A stretch of 64,000 bases of DNA. Source: Octopus sinensis. Taxonomy: Eukaryota. Position numbers and translations under genes: made by a program. The notes below the pieces were generated by a model. That model saw only the letters and a program-made list of their open reading frames with translations, had not been told where the DNA came from and ran no database searches. Location of the stretch: the NCBI RefSeq assembly GCF_006345805.1, contig NC_042998.1:73160001-73224000 (forward strand), written 5' to 3'. The stretch's first letter is position 1, and every line of letters begins with the position of its first letter. Shown piece by piece: positions 1 to 12,935 of this stretch.

Positions 1-592
1 CTCTCCATTCTCAGCTTCATTTTCAAGTGGTACTTGAAAATGTTGATGAGCGATTGACCAGAGAGATAACTGTTTGTCTGTAATCCTTTCGCTCGGGTCC
101 ACCACACACATTCTTTCACCATGGCAACCAGTACGTTGAAAACTACCTTGCCTTCCCGGTTGAGGGAATGGGGCGGAGCAATTACCACGATAGACTCGGC
201 CGACAGGCGAACTCGTCCCACACGTGACAGCAGCCGTTCGGCATAAGCCCACATGTCTTAAATGCTTGGACACTGCACGAATGCGTGCAGAACGGTTTCG
301 TCGCTCTGACCGCATCTCGGGCAAGTCGGTCCAATGTGTCTCTAACCGTGCCTGTGGTGCTTATCCCGAACAGGTAATGCTTCTCGATAGCACTGCCAGG
401 CCAGGGATCTTTGTTGACTGTACATAGGTCCCGGCCCGAAAGTTGTTCTGAACAGGCCGGTCGGGTGTTCCTCATCGACGCCCAGATTCTGCGCGAGAAC
501 GTCGTCGCACCTTCACTAATCCTCTATAGAACGCCTTTGTTGTAATGAAGTCGCATAAGTTTGGTCCCGGCCGGCAGAGTTGCTTGAGAGCA
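1..592 (-). mobile_element. L1/Tx1-type LINE ORF2 C-terminal fragment (zf-RVT region), 5'-truncated, with stops and frameshifts
   Basis: The minus strand reads RSLAWQCYREALPVRDK...GPTCPRCGQSDETVLHAFVQCPS...LVAMVKECVWWTR, i.e. the CxxC-x8-H-x4-C knuckle and W..LP motif of L1/Tx1 ORF2 ends. The segment is GC-rich against an AT-rich flank. Confidence 0.8.
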
Positions 593-3500
593 ATGCACTA
601 AATAAATAAATAAATAAACTTTTGAATGTCTTAATATATTTTTATGATATATAATATTAATATTAAGATATATAATGCGTCATTATTATAGAAGCGTATA
701 TTCATATATTACAGTTCATTTGTGTCACTATTTACCGTGTGATTGTTTGTCTGTATATGTATAAGTGTATATATATCAAAATGTAGACTATCAAACACTT
801 CATGCAACATGTTCTCTCATACGTTTCGCTCGTTGACACATGTCATTCGTGTCACAATTCGTTTCCTCTATGCCGGAAGATTTCTTTCTCAGAAAGTTTG
901 TAGCGAACAATAAAACTGTAATAAATTAACGTATTTATTCCATAGTTGTTTGTACAACTTTCGTTGAGTATACCTTAGATTTTAATTTCCTTGAATATTC
1001 TATCAGATTAACGTAGACACGCACAAACACATACAAACACACACACACACATACACACAGAAACACACAGAGACTTACACACACACGAATGTATATTATA
1101 TAACCCTGTGTGTATGTGTGTGTCTGTGTCTGTGTGAGTGTTTTACTATATACACAGCTGTGATCACAGTTCATGTTCTCAAAATATTTCATGTTTCATT
1201 TTGAATTAATTAAAGGTTATTTCGACGGGAAAATTCCAGTCTTTCGATATTTCTTGTCCATTATGACCTAACCTTCTGTATGACAGGTTCATTATTGGCA
1301 TGTTTACTGCTATTTGATAGTAGGCTGGGTCGATTGTCATTATCTGAGAAACACATGAGTAAAAATGTGAAAAGACGATGCAAAAACACAGGTAATTATA
1401 TGGTCCAGTGCAAATATAGCTCTTGCTTGGTTTCTGCGTTATAAAACTAAGTTTAAGTGTATGTGCATTAGTTCTTATGAACTGTATCAACAGTAAATAA
1501 CTGCATCTGAAGTTCAAAAGTCTTCTTGTATTCTTGGCTACACCGACATAACCAATAACTTTAGAAAATAAGCCAGCAAACTATATTGGCTCGAACACAA
1601 TTAATCCGTAAGTCTTCAACATCTTTCATTCAAAGGAGATATGTAAGTTATTTTGGATCAGTTCCTATTCTTTAAAAGCATCTAAAGTAGTGAATGCCAC
1701 TCAATATCAATTAGTTTTAACCTTAGTTATGATGTGTACATCACCTACATATCTGACATTGAACAAATATTTGATAATGTATCACCATAATTGTAATGCT
1801 ATGTCACAATATTTGCTCTGACCAAAGGCAAATGCTCGGCCTTAGCACTAACCTAAAAGCTTTGCATTACTTCAATATTGCACAATATATTTTCAGAGAT
1901 TAAATAAAATTATTTCAAATGATGGCGTGTTTAAAATATTTTTTTTAATATTGATTTTCATTTTAAACAATTTATTCTGTATAGATTTTTTCCTACTGTC
2001 CTCTTTTATTTCTAAGGCCACAAATTTGGTTTGATTTCCTATTTTTGTAGCTTCAATTGAGTGAAAATTACTTTCCTTTAGGAATAAGAGAAAACTATGT
2101 AAACACGAGGTGATTGACAACAAAGTATTTTGGTCTATCACATATCTCTGACTATACCATAAAACAAATTCTCCAATACGTTTTTAGTTTTATATTAATG
2201 CATGAACGATACGGTCAGTTAATATTCGTAAAGCATTATGAATATATGATCGAAGCTTTAAGCATCTTAGTTATAAAGGAGCATATCTCTTCTAATGTAT
2301 TTCTGTAGTTCATGCAAAATATGGTATTCACAATGAAACAATAATGTGAACAAAAGTATTTGGAAATATAGATGTCATTCTAGCCTTATATGTGCAGACT
2401 TGACACAAAGCGTTCTGAAAGTATGTGTAAGCTCCACACAATTGCTGTCAGAATGTATATAAATGTCACACCCAATCCTGCAAACGTTTGTATAAATGTC
2501 ATTCAAAGTGGCCCCCAAATAAGCTATAAATTCATCAAAAACTATGAAAAAAGAAAGCAAGATTTTACATTAAATCCTGAAGGAAGAAACATTTATGAAG
2601 CAATGGGAATGAAAAGTGTCTGGGTGAAAATATTTTACAAAAGTGAGGTACATTTCTTTAAACGTGAAGCGGTTTTTATTGCTCGCCCCAGATAAACTCT
2701 GACTGAGTAGACCTATGATGAATGGCATTTTAGGTGTTACCATCTCATTTTTCCTACGTTCATGAACCGAACATCACTATAGAAAATGTGTACTTTTCTG
2801 AGAATGTAACACGTGTTTGATTTCAAGGAAATTTGGTTGCTGTTACTAGCAGCTTAAGCAATCGTGTAGAATATGTCACGTTGTCTGGTGAATCTTGAGT
2901 TCAAATCCCGTGATATTTTCGTTTTTTCCTCTCTCTAAATATCCGCTGATTCGATATTACTAGTAAACTTAGTTGATTGAACTCATAATATTGTTCTTCT
3001 ACAGAACACGAATGTCTCATTTCAAAATGAACCATAATGAAAATAACAACATCTTAAACATGCTTTTCTTCATGAGATGTCTCTATATGTCCACACAAAT
3101 TTCTGCGATAGGTTTTCTAAGCACTCATAATATATAACGACACACAAAATCCTCCATGGTAGTCAAACACCTACAGTCAGAACCACCAGTCATCGTAAGA
3201 TACGAACATTTAAATGTCTTCTGAAGAAATATATCAAATAAATTTTTTCTGACAACTTGCTACGGATACGATGATAGATAAAAGAGATATTTAGCTAATC
3301 ATAAAATCCATATGAGGTTGTTCGATTGCTTTATGATGACATTGTAACGATACCTCTTTTTCTTTTTGGCAGCCACAGTCCTCCAGATGGAAACTAAGCC
3401 TGTTTGATGTTGAAAGCAACCTGCAACCATAGAGAGCAGTATCATTAAAGAGTTGTATAAAATGCTCGTGGTATTTGATCCGAATCGTTGCGCAATCACT

Positions 3501-5389
3501 TCAATTGAAGCCCTGTTGAATTCAATTTTACATCAGCTCAAATAAAATAGTATGAATTAGGCGATGCAACGCTAGAACTGGGAGAACATTGTTTAATATT
3601 TGTTCTGCCTTCATGTGTTTTGCCATAGTTTAGTTGGTCGAGAGATATAATCAGTCATAAAGTTCCATACCATTACCTGACGTATCGGTGCCTTTAGGGA
3701 GTCCATTCTGTTACAAGCATTCGTGCCAAGGCATCAGTCTTTACATACCTTCCCCTTCCTCTTCCTCACTAACAGTCACAGTGGTCTTTTAAGTTTCATG
3801 AACGCTGTCATCTCATAGGATTTAAAATTACAGTGGGACCTGCAATAAAAATGATCATCGGCGATTCTCAGTTGTAATCTCTGTTTGAACAAATCCGATA
3901 AAACACTAGCAACAAGTGATTCAATCGATAATACTCCGTCACTTCTACTTTATTTTATCACTTCTGGGATGCGTTAACCCAAAGCTAACTTAGGTGGGTA
4001 TTTGAAGTCAGAGTGCGCAGCATTTTGACTGATGCTCTGATTGTTCTTGAATACACCACCTCTCATTTCATCCCTTGAAGATAAAATGAAGCATAGTATG
4101 GTTCATTGGACAACTTGGACATCGAAATAACAGATGGAACTACTGTATATAAATGTATATAAACGTAAGTATTTGTTTTTCATGGGCATCCAACTTTACT
4201 CAAAATGAGATTTTCAAAACTAGGTTAACCTTATTAGAATGGCCACTGAAAGCAAAACTCTGACAAGACCATTCTCATGATTTATGAATATTATAGCAAC
4301 TGCAACAAATGCGCAATATTAGACAAGGCTTATTCCTGTTATATATACTTTAGTAGGAAATATCAACTAGAAATAATTTCTATCATTGGCAAAAATGCAC
4401 ACATTTAAAGTGAAGTTTGTAGTCGAGTATATATATCATTCCGATACTTGACAGGCATTTTCTTTTCTCAGGTCAAAAGATAAACAAAGGTAGATTTATA
4501 TCGCAAAGCTTTTTGCTCGGTTCTCTGCTGTCACCAGTTAGATGTATGTTTCAAAGTCAGTGAAGAGTGAAATTGCAGAATAACAAGGTGTCAGTCAGGC
4601 GATTTATTCTGTAAAGTTATTGGAAGTGCATAGCTCACAATTAATGTGCTTTCATAAAGCAAACAATCAGATCACATTCATTATGGAATTTATAGTTTAA
4701 TTCATACTATTAATTTCAAGACGAGCAGATGTATTTTGATGGATGAGTGTCTAATTATAAAACGTCGTTTAGAATTTTAAACAAATTAACAACAAAATAC
4801 TGTGCGAAATAAATAAGAATGAATCAATAAATTCAAATTTAAAATGAATTCTAAAACATGTTTTCTCATTTGAAATATATTTAAATTGAAATCTTGTTTC
4901 ACAAAATTATTTATACTAAATGTACCAAAATAAACTATCGATCGTCTTTGATAACCATATGTGCACTTTAATGCGTTTAGTGATCGATATTTTAATTATA
5001 GTCCAATTTGCAGTGTTTATTGAGGCTAAATCTGCACGAACAATAGGCTTTCACTCTAACGATATAAGTTGGCAAGATTCAGGAAATATATTAAAGCAGT
5101 TACTAATTTATAATCTAGAGTTAATCCGAGTTACAACAATAAGCGTATTTCTACAATATGTAAATATTCTTTTCCTTCATTATTTCTTCATTTCTTTTAT
5201 ACTTGTAGCGTATTTCAAGGAAACGGCATCGTATAAGCAAATAAGTACCTGTCAGAGAACAGTTGTTTATAATTAGATGAAACATCTGACAATAAACATA
5301 TGGGATTGCGAATAGAACCGCACACAATAATCATTGTACACCCCTAACCTATAAAATCGCATATAGGTACGTATGCATGCATGTACATG

Positions 5390-5705
5390 CTACTCCGTGG
5401 CACCTTCAGCAAATGTTGTCTACTGTAGCCTCGGGCCGACCAAAACCTTGTGAGAGGGTTTGGTAGATGGAAACGGAAATGAAGCCTGTTGTGTATGTGT
5501 GTGTATTTACGTGTGTGTTTTTGTGACTGTGTGTGTCTCTCCCATTCATCGTTTGACAAAACCAATGTTGGTGTGATTACGTCCCCGTTCGGCAAAGAGA
5601 CCGATAGTGTAAGTACGTGGGGTTGATTTCTTCAATTAAAAGGTGGTGCTCCAGCATGGCCACGATAAAATGACTGAAACAATTAAAAGAATAAAAGAAT
5701 GAAAG
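5390..5705 (+). mobile_element. tRNA-derived SINE, family B (head truncated)
   Basis: Shares gtggcacc...tagcctcgggccgacc...ttggtagatggaaac, an internal (TG)n and the tail ggtggtgctccagcatggccac...gactgaaac with the copy at 33731-34190. Confidence 0.75.
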
Positions 5706-5819
5706 AATGTACATACATCAACATGCATATCTGTACATTTATGAATGCATGTATATGTCGCTGTGTGTTCACACACCCACACATACACACATATATATAT
5801 ATATATGGATATGGGTAAA

Positions 5820-6137
5820 GAACCCCTTCGGTCATCGATGACTATGGGATTGTACCTAGAAACCTCTTCTCCGAGGCACAAGTCCGGGCGAGGATGTTTA
5901 TGTAAGACTAGCAGTCGCCCATGCATACCAGCCTCCCGTCTCCACGCAACCGTTGCTATCCAAGGAAAAAGCACAAGCCGATTCAGCTTGACACCAGTGA
6001 TGCCGTACCTCATCTGCAGCTGGGTGAACTGTGAAATAAAGGGTCTTATTTCAGAACACATCACACAGCCCGGCCCGGGTATCGAATTCACAAACTTATG
6101 ATTGTCATCCCGATGCTCTAATCACTGAGCCATCGGT
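5820..6137 (-). mobile_element. tRNA-derived SINE, family C
   Basis: The reverse complement has an A-box (tggctcagtgattag) and B-box (gaattcgatacc) and aligns along its length with 38000-38336. Confidence 0.8.
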
Positions 6138-6144
6138 CAAAACC

Positions 6145-6545
<401 letters not shown>

Positions 6546-7517
6546 GCATGATACAGGCGCAGGCGCAGCTGTGTGGTAAGACGTTTTGGAAGTAGAAGAT
6601 GTTTTTCTATACTGACATTACGAAAGATCGGTGGTCAATGTTCCTGTTGTGGTAGTAGTAGAAGACTTGTTGCAGGTCAAGCGAATCCTGAACTGTGGTA
6701 GTGATAGTTATCTGTTATAGAGAATTCAAACTTACTGAAGTAGGGGATGGGTGAAATGAAGACTCAGGGTGGAAATGGCGAGCGCTATTTACTGCTGGGT
6801 AACGGGTGGTTGATAAGCCCTCTGACCTGTTCATACGAGTGTGAGGTGATACTTTTTATACATTGGCCATTAAAGCTTTTAGCGTTGTCATGTACGTGTG
6901 TGCAATCCTCTGGATCTTTTGTTGATTTTATTTTCATTTTGTTTATGCTTTCTGAAAATAGAAAGTCAAGCTAATTTTCCAACGATTATATTATAAATAT
7001 TGTCTGATTCATCATCGTTATGATAAGCATACCAAGCATTTATTATGTTACTAATTTCATGTTCTACCCACTTGCTTTTCAAAGTTTTATTCGGCATTAT
7101 CAGTACAGATGCGTAGATATTAATTATTGGTCAATTACATTAATTTATAATTCTGTATGTGTGACCGTGAGAGAGATTAACAGTAGCATATGGAAGTAGA
7201 AGTAAGAGTACGCGAACATATTCGGATGAGTTTATACCGACATATAAGTCCGTGTGTGCCATGTGTTTTATAAGAAAAAATTGTATAAATTTGCAGTGTA
7301 CATACGGGTTTTGACGATAGAAACAAGATGGTTCTCAATAAAATTGTACCAACCTTGCAATTTCAAAACCAATCTTTTGCTAAATGCTTATTTTCTGCTG
7401 ACGCTACTAATATATATTTGCTCTCCTACATGACATGTAAACTTATTAAAATTTTCACAAGATCAAATTTATCTTTCACGGATAACAAAATCGTAGGTTT
7501 CTTAGGGTTTTCATGCT

Positions 7518-7595
<78 letters not shown>

Positions 7596-8338
7596 GAATA
7601 CATAAGCAGCCAATTTCCGAGGGGACACTGTAGAGAATTTTGATGTCATTTGAAACGCCAAAATGCAGAACCCACCCTGTTTATGTGAGGTTACCAATAG
7701 TATGTTTTTAATTATTTAATATGTTGGATTAAATATGGATGATGTGAACGCTAGAGAATTAATTATCAAAATTTCTCAGTTTGAGGACATTAGAAATCCA
7801 ATATTGGAAATATGGGATGAATTTAAATGAAAGTTGCGGTAATGTGTTACATTCAAAGAAGCATATGTCATGAGAGAAGTAAAGTAATGCGGACAAATAA
7901 AATTATTAAATAGAGGTTACATTAAGGATGTTTATGTTTCGGGGATGTCTTTCAGATGCAATTTGAGATATACATATATATGTATGTCTTTGACGCAAAA
8001 CCTCCGACAAAGTATTTACACATACACGCGCACAAACACGTAAGCAAGCACGCACACACACATACACACATATATATAGGCATATATATACATATATTTG
8101 TTGTGCAGGTTTTTTTTTATGTGAAGTCGTGTGTTGAAAAAGATATTGTTGTATTTCGGAATGGTATTTCGGAAATACAATGTCATTGTAAGAAAAAAAT
8201 TGATAACATTCTTCAAACATATTGACTCAAATATATATTTTTTAACCTTTTAAAACAAGCCTTCTGTAGTTTTTTCACTTCTTACTATTTTCTATATATT
8301 CAACCACGTGCTTTCACAAACCAACTTTCTCATCTATA

Positions 8339-8375
<37 letters not shown>

Positions 8376-8558
8376 TGCTTAGTTTAATTCGTCCTCATTC
8401 GAAAGACACCTGTAGTTATGTCCTGTCAATTGTATTTGTGTAACATTCTCCGTATTTTTTTCGTCCTTGTTTTCTTTGTATCGTCTATATGGATGTTTTG
8501 TTGTCCCCTTTTTGTATCACCTAACTGTCTGGATGTTTTGAGTTCTTCTCGCATTTTG

Positions 8559-8564
<6 letters not shown>

Positions 8565-8635
<71 letters not shown>

Positions 8636-8660
8636 GAGAGGAGAGGAGAGGAGAGTGAGA
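8565..8660. repeat. (TA)n(GA)n(GGAGA)n compound microsatellite
   Basis: Read directly. Confidence 0.9.
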
Positions 8661-8699
8661 GAACACAAAGAATGGTTTACACCGGATGCTCCTGAACCA

Positions 8700-8900
8700 G
8701 CTGTTGGGTATCCCAACGAAGAGGAATCGAAGTTAGATGTGCCGAAACAATTGTCGTGAATAATAATAAATTCTCGTATATTCTATCTTCTGTCTTTCAT
8801 TTACTATATATATATATAGCAAATGAAAGACGGAAGATGGTATAAACTGAATGTTTCGAAGCAGTTTCCCGTAGTCATCCTTTCTCTCGTTTACGTTCGA
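8700..8900. mobile_element. Degenerate PLE-like ends, tail-to-tail around a TA run
   Basis: ccaacgaag...ccgaaacaattgtc is an HHR-like remnant. The 17-bp inverted repeat tcttctgtctttcattt / aaatgaaagacggaaga flanks a (TA)n. Confidence 0.35.
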
Positions 8901-10189
8901 AGAGATATTTACATCAGCATCTCAACTCTATGACACTACATACATTGCTTTGCAGTCTCAAACAACAATATTTGGTTCGTTATGTTTGTACTGGATTGAA
9001 GAATATATGGGAACGTGTTACCTATATTCCCTGTGTTGAATTTTATGTATATATGCATGCATACATGTATGTATACATGTATATAATACATATATGTGTA
9101 TGTGTGAGTGTATGTATGTATGCATGTAAGTATGTAATACATATATGTGTATGTGTGTGTATGTATGTAGTTATGTATGTATGTGTGAATATATGTTTAC
9201 ATAATTTGATATGTAGGATATTGTATTTTCCGGTAAAGAAAACTTGCAAGATTTGACAATAGATTGCACTAGAATGTAAATATACTGAAATTCAAAGCGG
9301 ATGCTAGATTCACGAGGAAAATAGAAAAAGGAAAGTTACTAAACATATACCTACATACTTTACACAGAAATATAGTTGTGTCTGTGATTTATATATATTT
9401 TTGAATGACGCATACGCTGAATATTGAGGGGCAAGATACCTTTTTTCATCCCAAAATACATAATTTCAGCTTCTAATTACATTACGTCTGGACCAAGTAG
9501 TAGGTATGTGCAGACAGAGGAAAAATGCAAATGATTCACAAAGAAATGTATGTTCGCCAAATCGATTTAGAAAATTTTTTCTCTATTTTTCCTTTTTGTT
9601 CAATTATTTTTATTTTCCATCTTCTGTAAAATAAACTCGGAAATTTAAGCAGTACTATATATTTGTTTATTTATCTTAATCTTTACTGAATACCTCAAAA
9701 CTAATACATTGCCAAGAGATATTTTTAGTAATTGGTTACAAAAACGAATTATTACGTATTTTGTCTTCGTTCCATCTTGAAAGGAACCGAATTATTCTGC
9801 ACCTGTACGTCAATTCCAAATTTTGTTTGTTTTTGATTTTTTTTTCTACTTTTTTCGGAATATATTCTAAAAACGATGCAAATAATCTCCGAAACTGTGT
9901 TTTGATGCATGAGATAATCTCAGTTATGATGCATTCCTTGAAAATATGGAATAATATCTGGTTAGAAGCTGTCATCTACAATAACTCTCTTTTCGGTGGA
10001 ATACTGTGTAATTTCCTGTAGGAAAAAGTAACGTGATTTCAGGTATAGTTTGCTGCTATTTCTAGTAGTACGGTGTAAAACGTACAAGTTCTATTATTTG
10101 TTGGTTTCTCGTCAAACCTATCTGAGAGTTTGGACAGGAATTTATTAAAACCGGCATGATTTTTCAGTTGCTTCTACCTCCTTCACCTC

Positions 10190-10390
10190 CTCCTCAGCAT
10201 CATCATCATCAATATCATAATCATTGTCATCATCATTATAACTATCATCATCAACATCACCATTATCATTTTTATCATCAACATAGTCAATATCATTATC
10301 ATCATAAACATCATCATCATTATTATCATGAACATCATTATCATTATCATTATCATCAACATCATCATTATCATTATTATTATCTGCATA
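10190..10390. repeat. Degenerate (CAT/TAT)n trinucleotide repeat
   Basis: Read directly; it is the source of the His-rich and Met/Ile-rich pseudo-ORFs. Confidence 0.9.
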
Positions 10391-10817
10391 CCCCTCCGTA
10401 ATATACCCAATGTATAACCTAGCTACGATGAATGTTATAAATTAATTATCAATCGCCCTGCCACGCCTCTATTTAGGTCATGAGTCTGGTTTTTAAAAGA
10501 TGTCCACGATCCACCTCCCACGATTCGTTTCCTTCACAATAACGTACGTGCCTGGGAGATGAAACTAGGTTTTGCGGACAATGAGATGTAGCATTAATAT
10601 GACGTTCCCTCTTGAATAAACTACAATGTGAAGTGACTAATGAATAGGGATGACATTTTGACAGGGGTGTAATGGAATACATTGCTTATGACATGTTTAA
10701 GACAAAAAAATAATGTTTATATGAGTTGCTTTTGCATAATATACGAATATGTGCAGTTTTACATGCATATACAAGCAATTAAACATTATTCAAACATATG
10801 GCAGACGTTGGTAGAAA

Positions 10818-11236
10818 CAGCGCTGCATTAACCATTAAGCAAAATAAACACGTGCTAAGGGCATCAAGGGAAGGAGGGGGCACCACAGAAATGGTAAATA
10901 GTTTACGACACAAAAGAAACTATTTTAAACTTGCTAAACAAATATTCAGGATGCCATTATTTCTACTAAGTATAGATGCAGATGTGTTACCTAAGATTAA
11001 ATTTGAGGATCCGATCAAAGACTTTTTAATTCAAAAAAAGTAGGAGGAAACTTTTCAAACGTAAATAAATTGGAAGTATGCAAAACTAAACATTATTTTC
11101 CCTCTTACTGTTTTGTTTCGTTTTGAAAAATAAACATTTATTTTGTGGTTTCTTATTGTTTATTTTTTGAATTACATAATCATTTATGAGGGCACCAAAA
11201 TCTTGTAAGTGCTTGATAGGTCTTAATCCGGCCCTG
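10818..11236 (+). mobile_element. Non-autonomous hAT-like element (~420 bp) retaining the transposase C-terminus
   Basis: Termini cagcgctgcattaa ... ttaatccggccctg match at 11/14 as an inverted repeat. Flanks ggtagaaa/agtagatc resemble a decayed 8-bp TSD (5/8). The internal frame LLSIDADVLPKIKFEDPIKDF resembles the hAT dimerisation-domain end (LALLSIE...FEDII.DF). Confidence 0.6.
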
Positions 11237-12010
11237 AGTAGATCCATCTAATTTTTAATCAATATTAATTGCCCACTGTTCATGTGTGCATACGTCGATT
11301 CAGTTTTTCGATCACATGAATATCGAAAATGTTAAATAAATGGATAAGTGACTCAGTATTCCACAGACATGTTATTATTGATGTATCCGCAAAACGAATC
11401 AAACTTACAGAAACTTGGACTGAAATCCAATTGCTTGTATGTGTGTGTGGGTGTGGGGGGTGCGTGCGTGGATGTGTGCGTGAATGTGTGTGCCTGAAAG
11501 TGTGTGTTATCATTTTAGGTGAGGCTGTCTGTTCCGCTTGCAGATTCTATTTTCTGAAACCCCAGCGTGCTTGCGGGTTGTAAGGTACACATGATGCAAC
11601 ATAAACAAGTACTCCAATTATCATAGATACAAATATAATTTTATAAATGTGATGAAACTGATATTCAGAAACAGTTATTCACAAATATTCTCCTTCCCAC
11701 TGATTTCAAGTAAAGTCTCATATCAGCAGGACAGGACAACTGGTCATTATGTTTAGGCATAATTTCTGCCCCAAACAACTATATGAGGCCTGATGCATGA
11801 AATTTTGATGGGAATGATCTGCCGACTGTTTTTGTATTGACACGTGTGTCTGTAAACTATATCACCTGCATTTCCTCTTTGTTTTTCTTCAAGAAGTGCC
11901 ATTACTAGAAAGGGCATTATATATTGCTTTAAGGAGAGTAATTTAATGACATTCTAACTAGCTGGTTTCCTTCCACAAAAATGTACTGTCGAAATTTTCG
12001 GATATATAAT

Positions 12011-12410
12011 ATTTATTTCTTTATTGCCCACAGGGGGCTAAACATAGAGGGGACACACAAGGACAAACAAACAGATTAAGTCGATTACATCGACCCCAGC
12101 GCGTAACGGGTACTCATTTAATCGAGCCTGAAAGGATGAAAAGTAAAGTCGACCTCGGCTGAATTTGAACTCAGAACGTAACGGCAGACGAAATACCTAT
12201 TTCTTTACTGCCCACAAGGGGCTAGACACAGAGGGGACAAACCTGGACAGACAAACGAGTTAAGTCGATCGCAAAATACCCCAGTGCGTAACTGCTACTT
12301 AATTTATCGACCCCGAAAGGATGAAAGATAAAGACGACCTCGGCGGAATTTGAACTCAGAACTAAGCACTTCGCCCGGCGTGATAACGTTTGTGCCAGCT
12401 TACCGCCTTA
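12011..12410 (-). mobile_element. SINE family A, head-to-tail dimer (second unit lacks the head)
   Basis: Two successive units of atttcttta(t/c)tgcccaca...gtcga...aaggatgaaa...gaatttgaactcagaac. Only the unit ending at 12410 has the ggcggtaagctggc head. Confidence 0.85.
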
Positions 12411-12624
12411 ATCAGATATATATTGGTTGATTAACGTATCATTTCGGATACATATTGGATAATTAACGACTTCACACACTCGCTATTGTTTCTTTTTTCA
12501 AGAAAGATTTGCTATAATAACCTTACCTGCCACTACAAAAGTTTAACCAATGAAATGTACCGTTATGTAGCAGTGGAGTGTCTAAGAAAGGCTACGTATC
12601 ATGTTAATATTTGATATTATCAGC

Positions 12625-12935
12625 ATGTTTACTTCAGACGAGTCCGACCTTGCCTTTCATCAGTTTGGAGTTGATAAAATAAGTACCAGTTAAACACTGG
12701 CTGGATGTGACTGACACACCCTGTATGGACTTGCTGGTCTTGTGCTAAAATTTGAAATAATATTATCAGTATGTTTAAGGCGGCGAGCTGGTAAAATCGT
12801 GACTGCACCGGAAAAAATGCTCAGCTGCATTTCTTCCGCTTTACGTCCTTAGTTAAAATTCCACTGAGGTCGGCTTTGCCTTTTCTCATTTCGGGGTCGA
12901 TAAAATAACTACCAGACACCCCAGTTGAATACTGG
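12625..12935 (+). mobile_element. SINE family A, two decayed copies (12625-12735 partial; 12776-12935)
   Basis: aaggcggcgagctgg head; gaggtcggctttgcc...ggggtcgataaaataa core. Confidence 0.7.

Noticed and set aside
2390-2695. 101-aa plus-strand ORF with a possible donor (gag|gtacat)
   Set aside because: No recognisable domain, a weak acceptor, and a length expected by chance in 64 kb.
3430-3540. ELYKMLVVFDPNRCAITSIEAL resembles CMGC kinase subdomain XI
   Set aside because: Only ~20 residues, needs gaps, and no other kinase subdomains are nearby.
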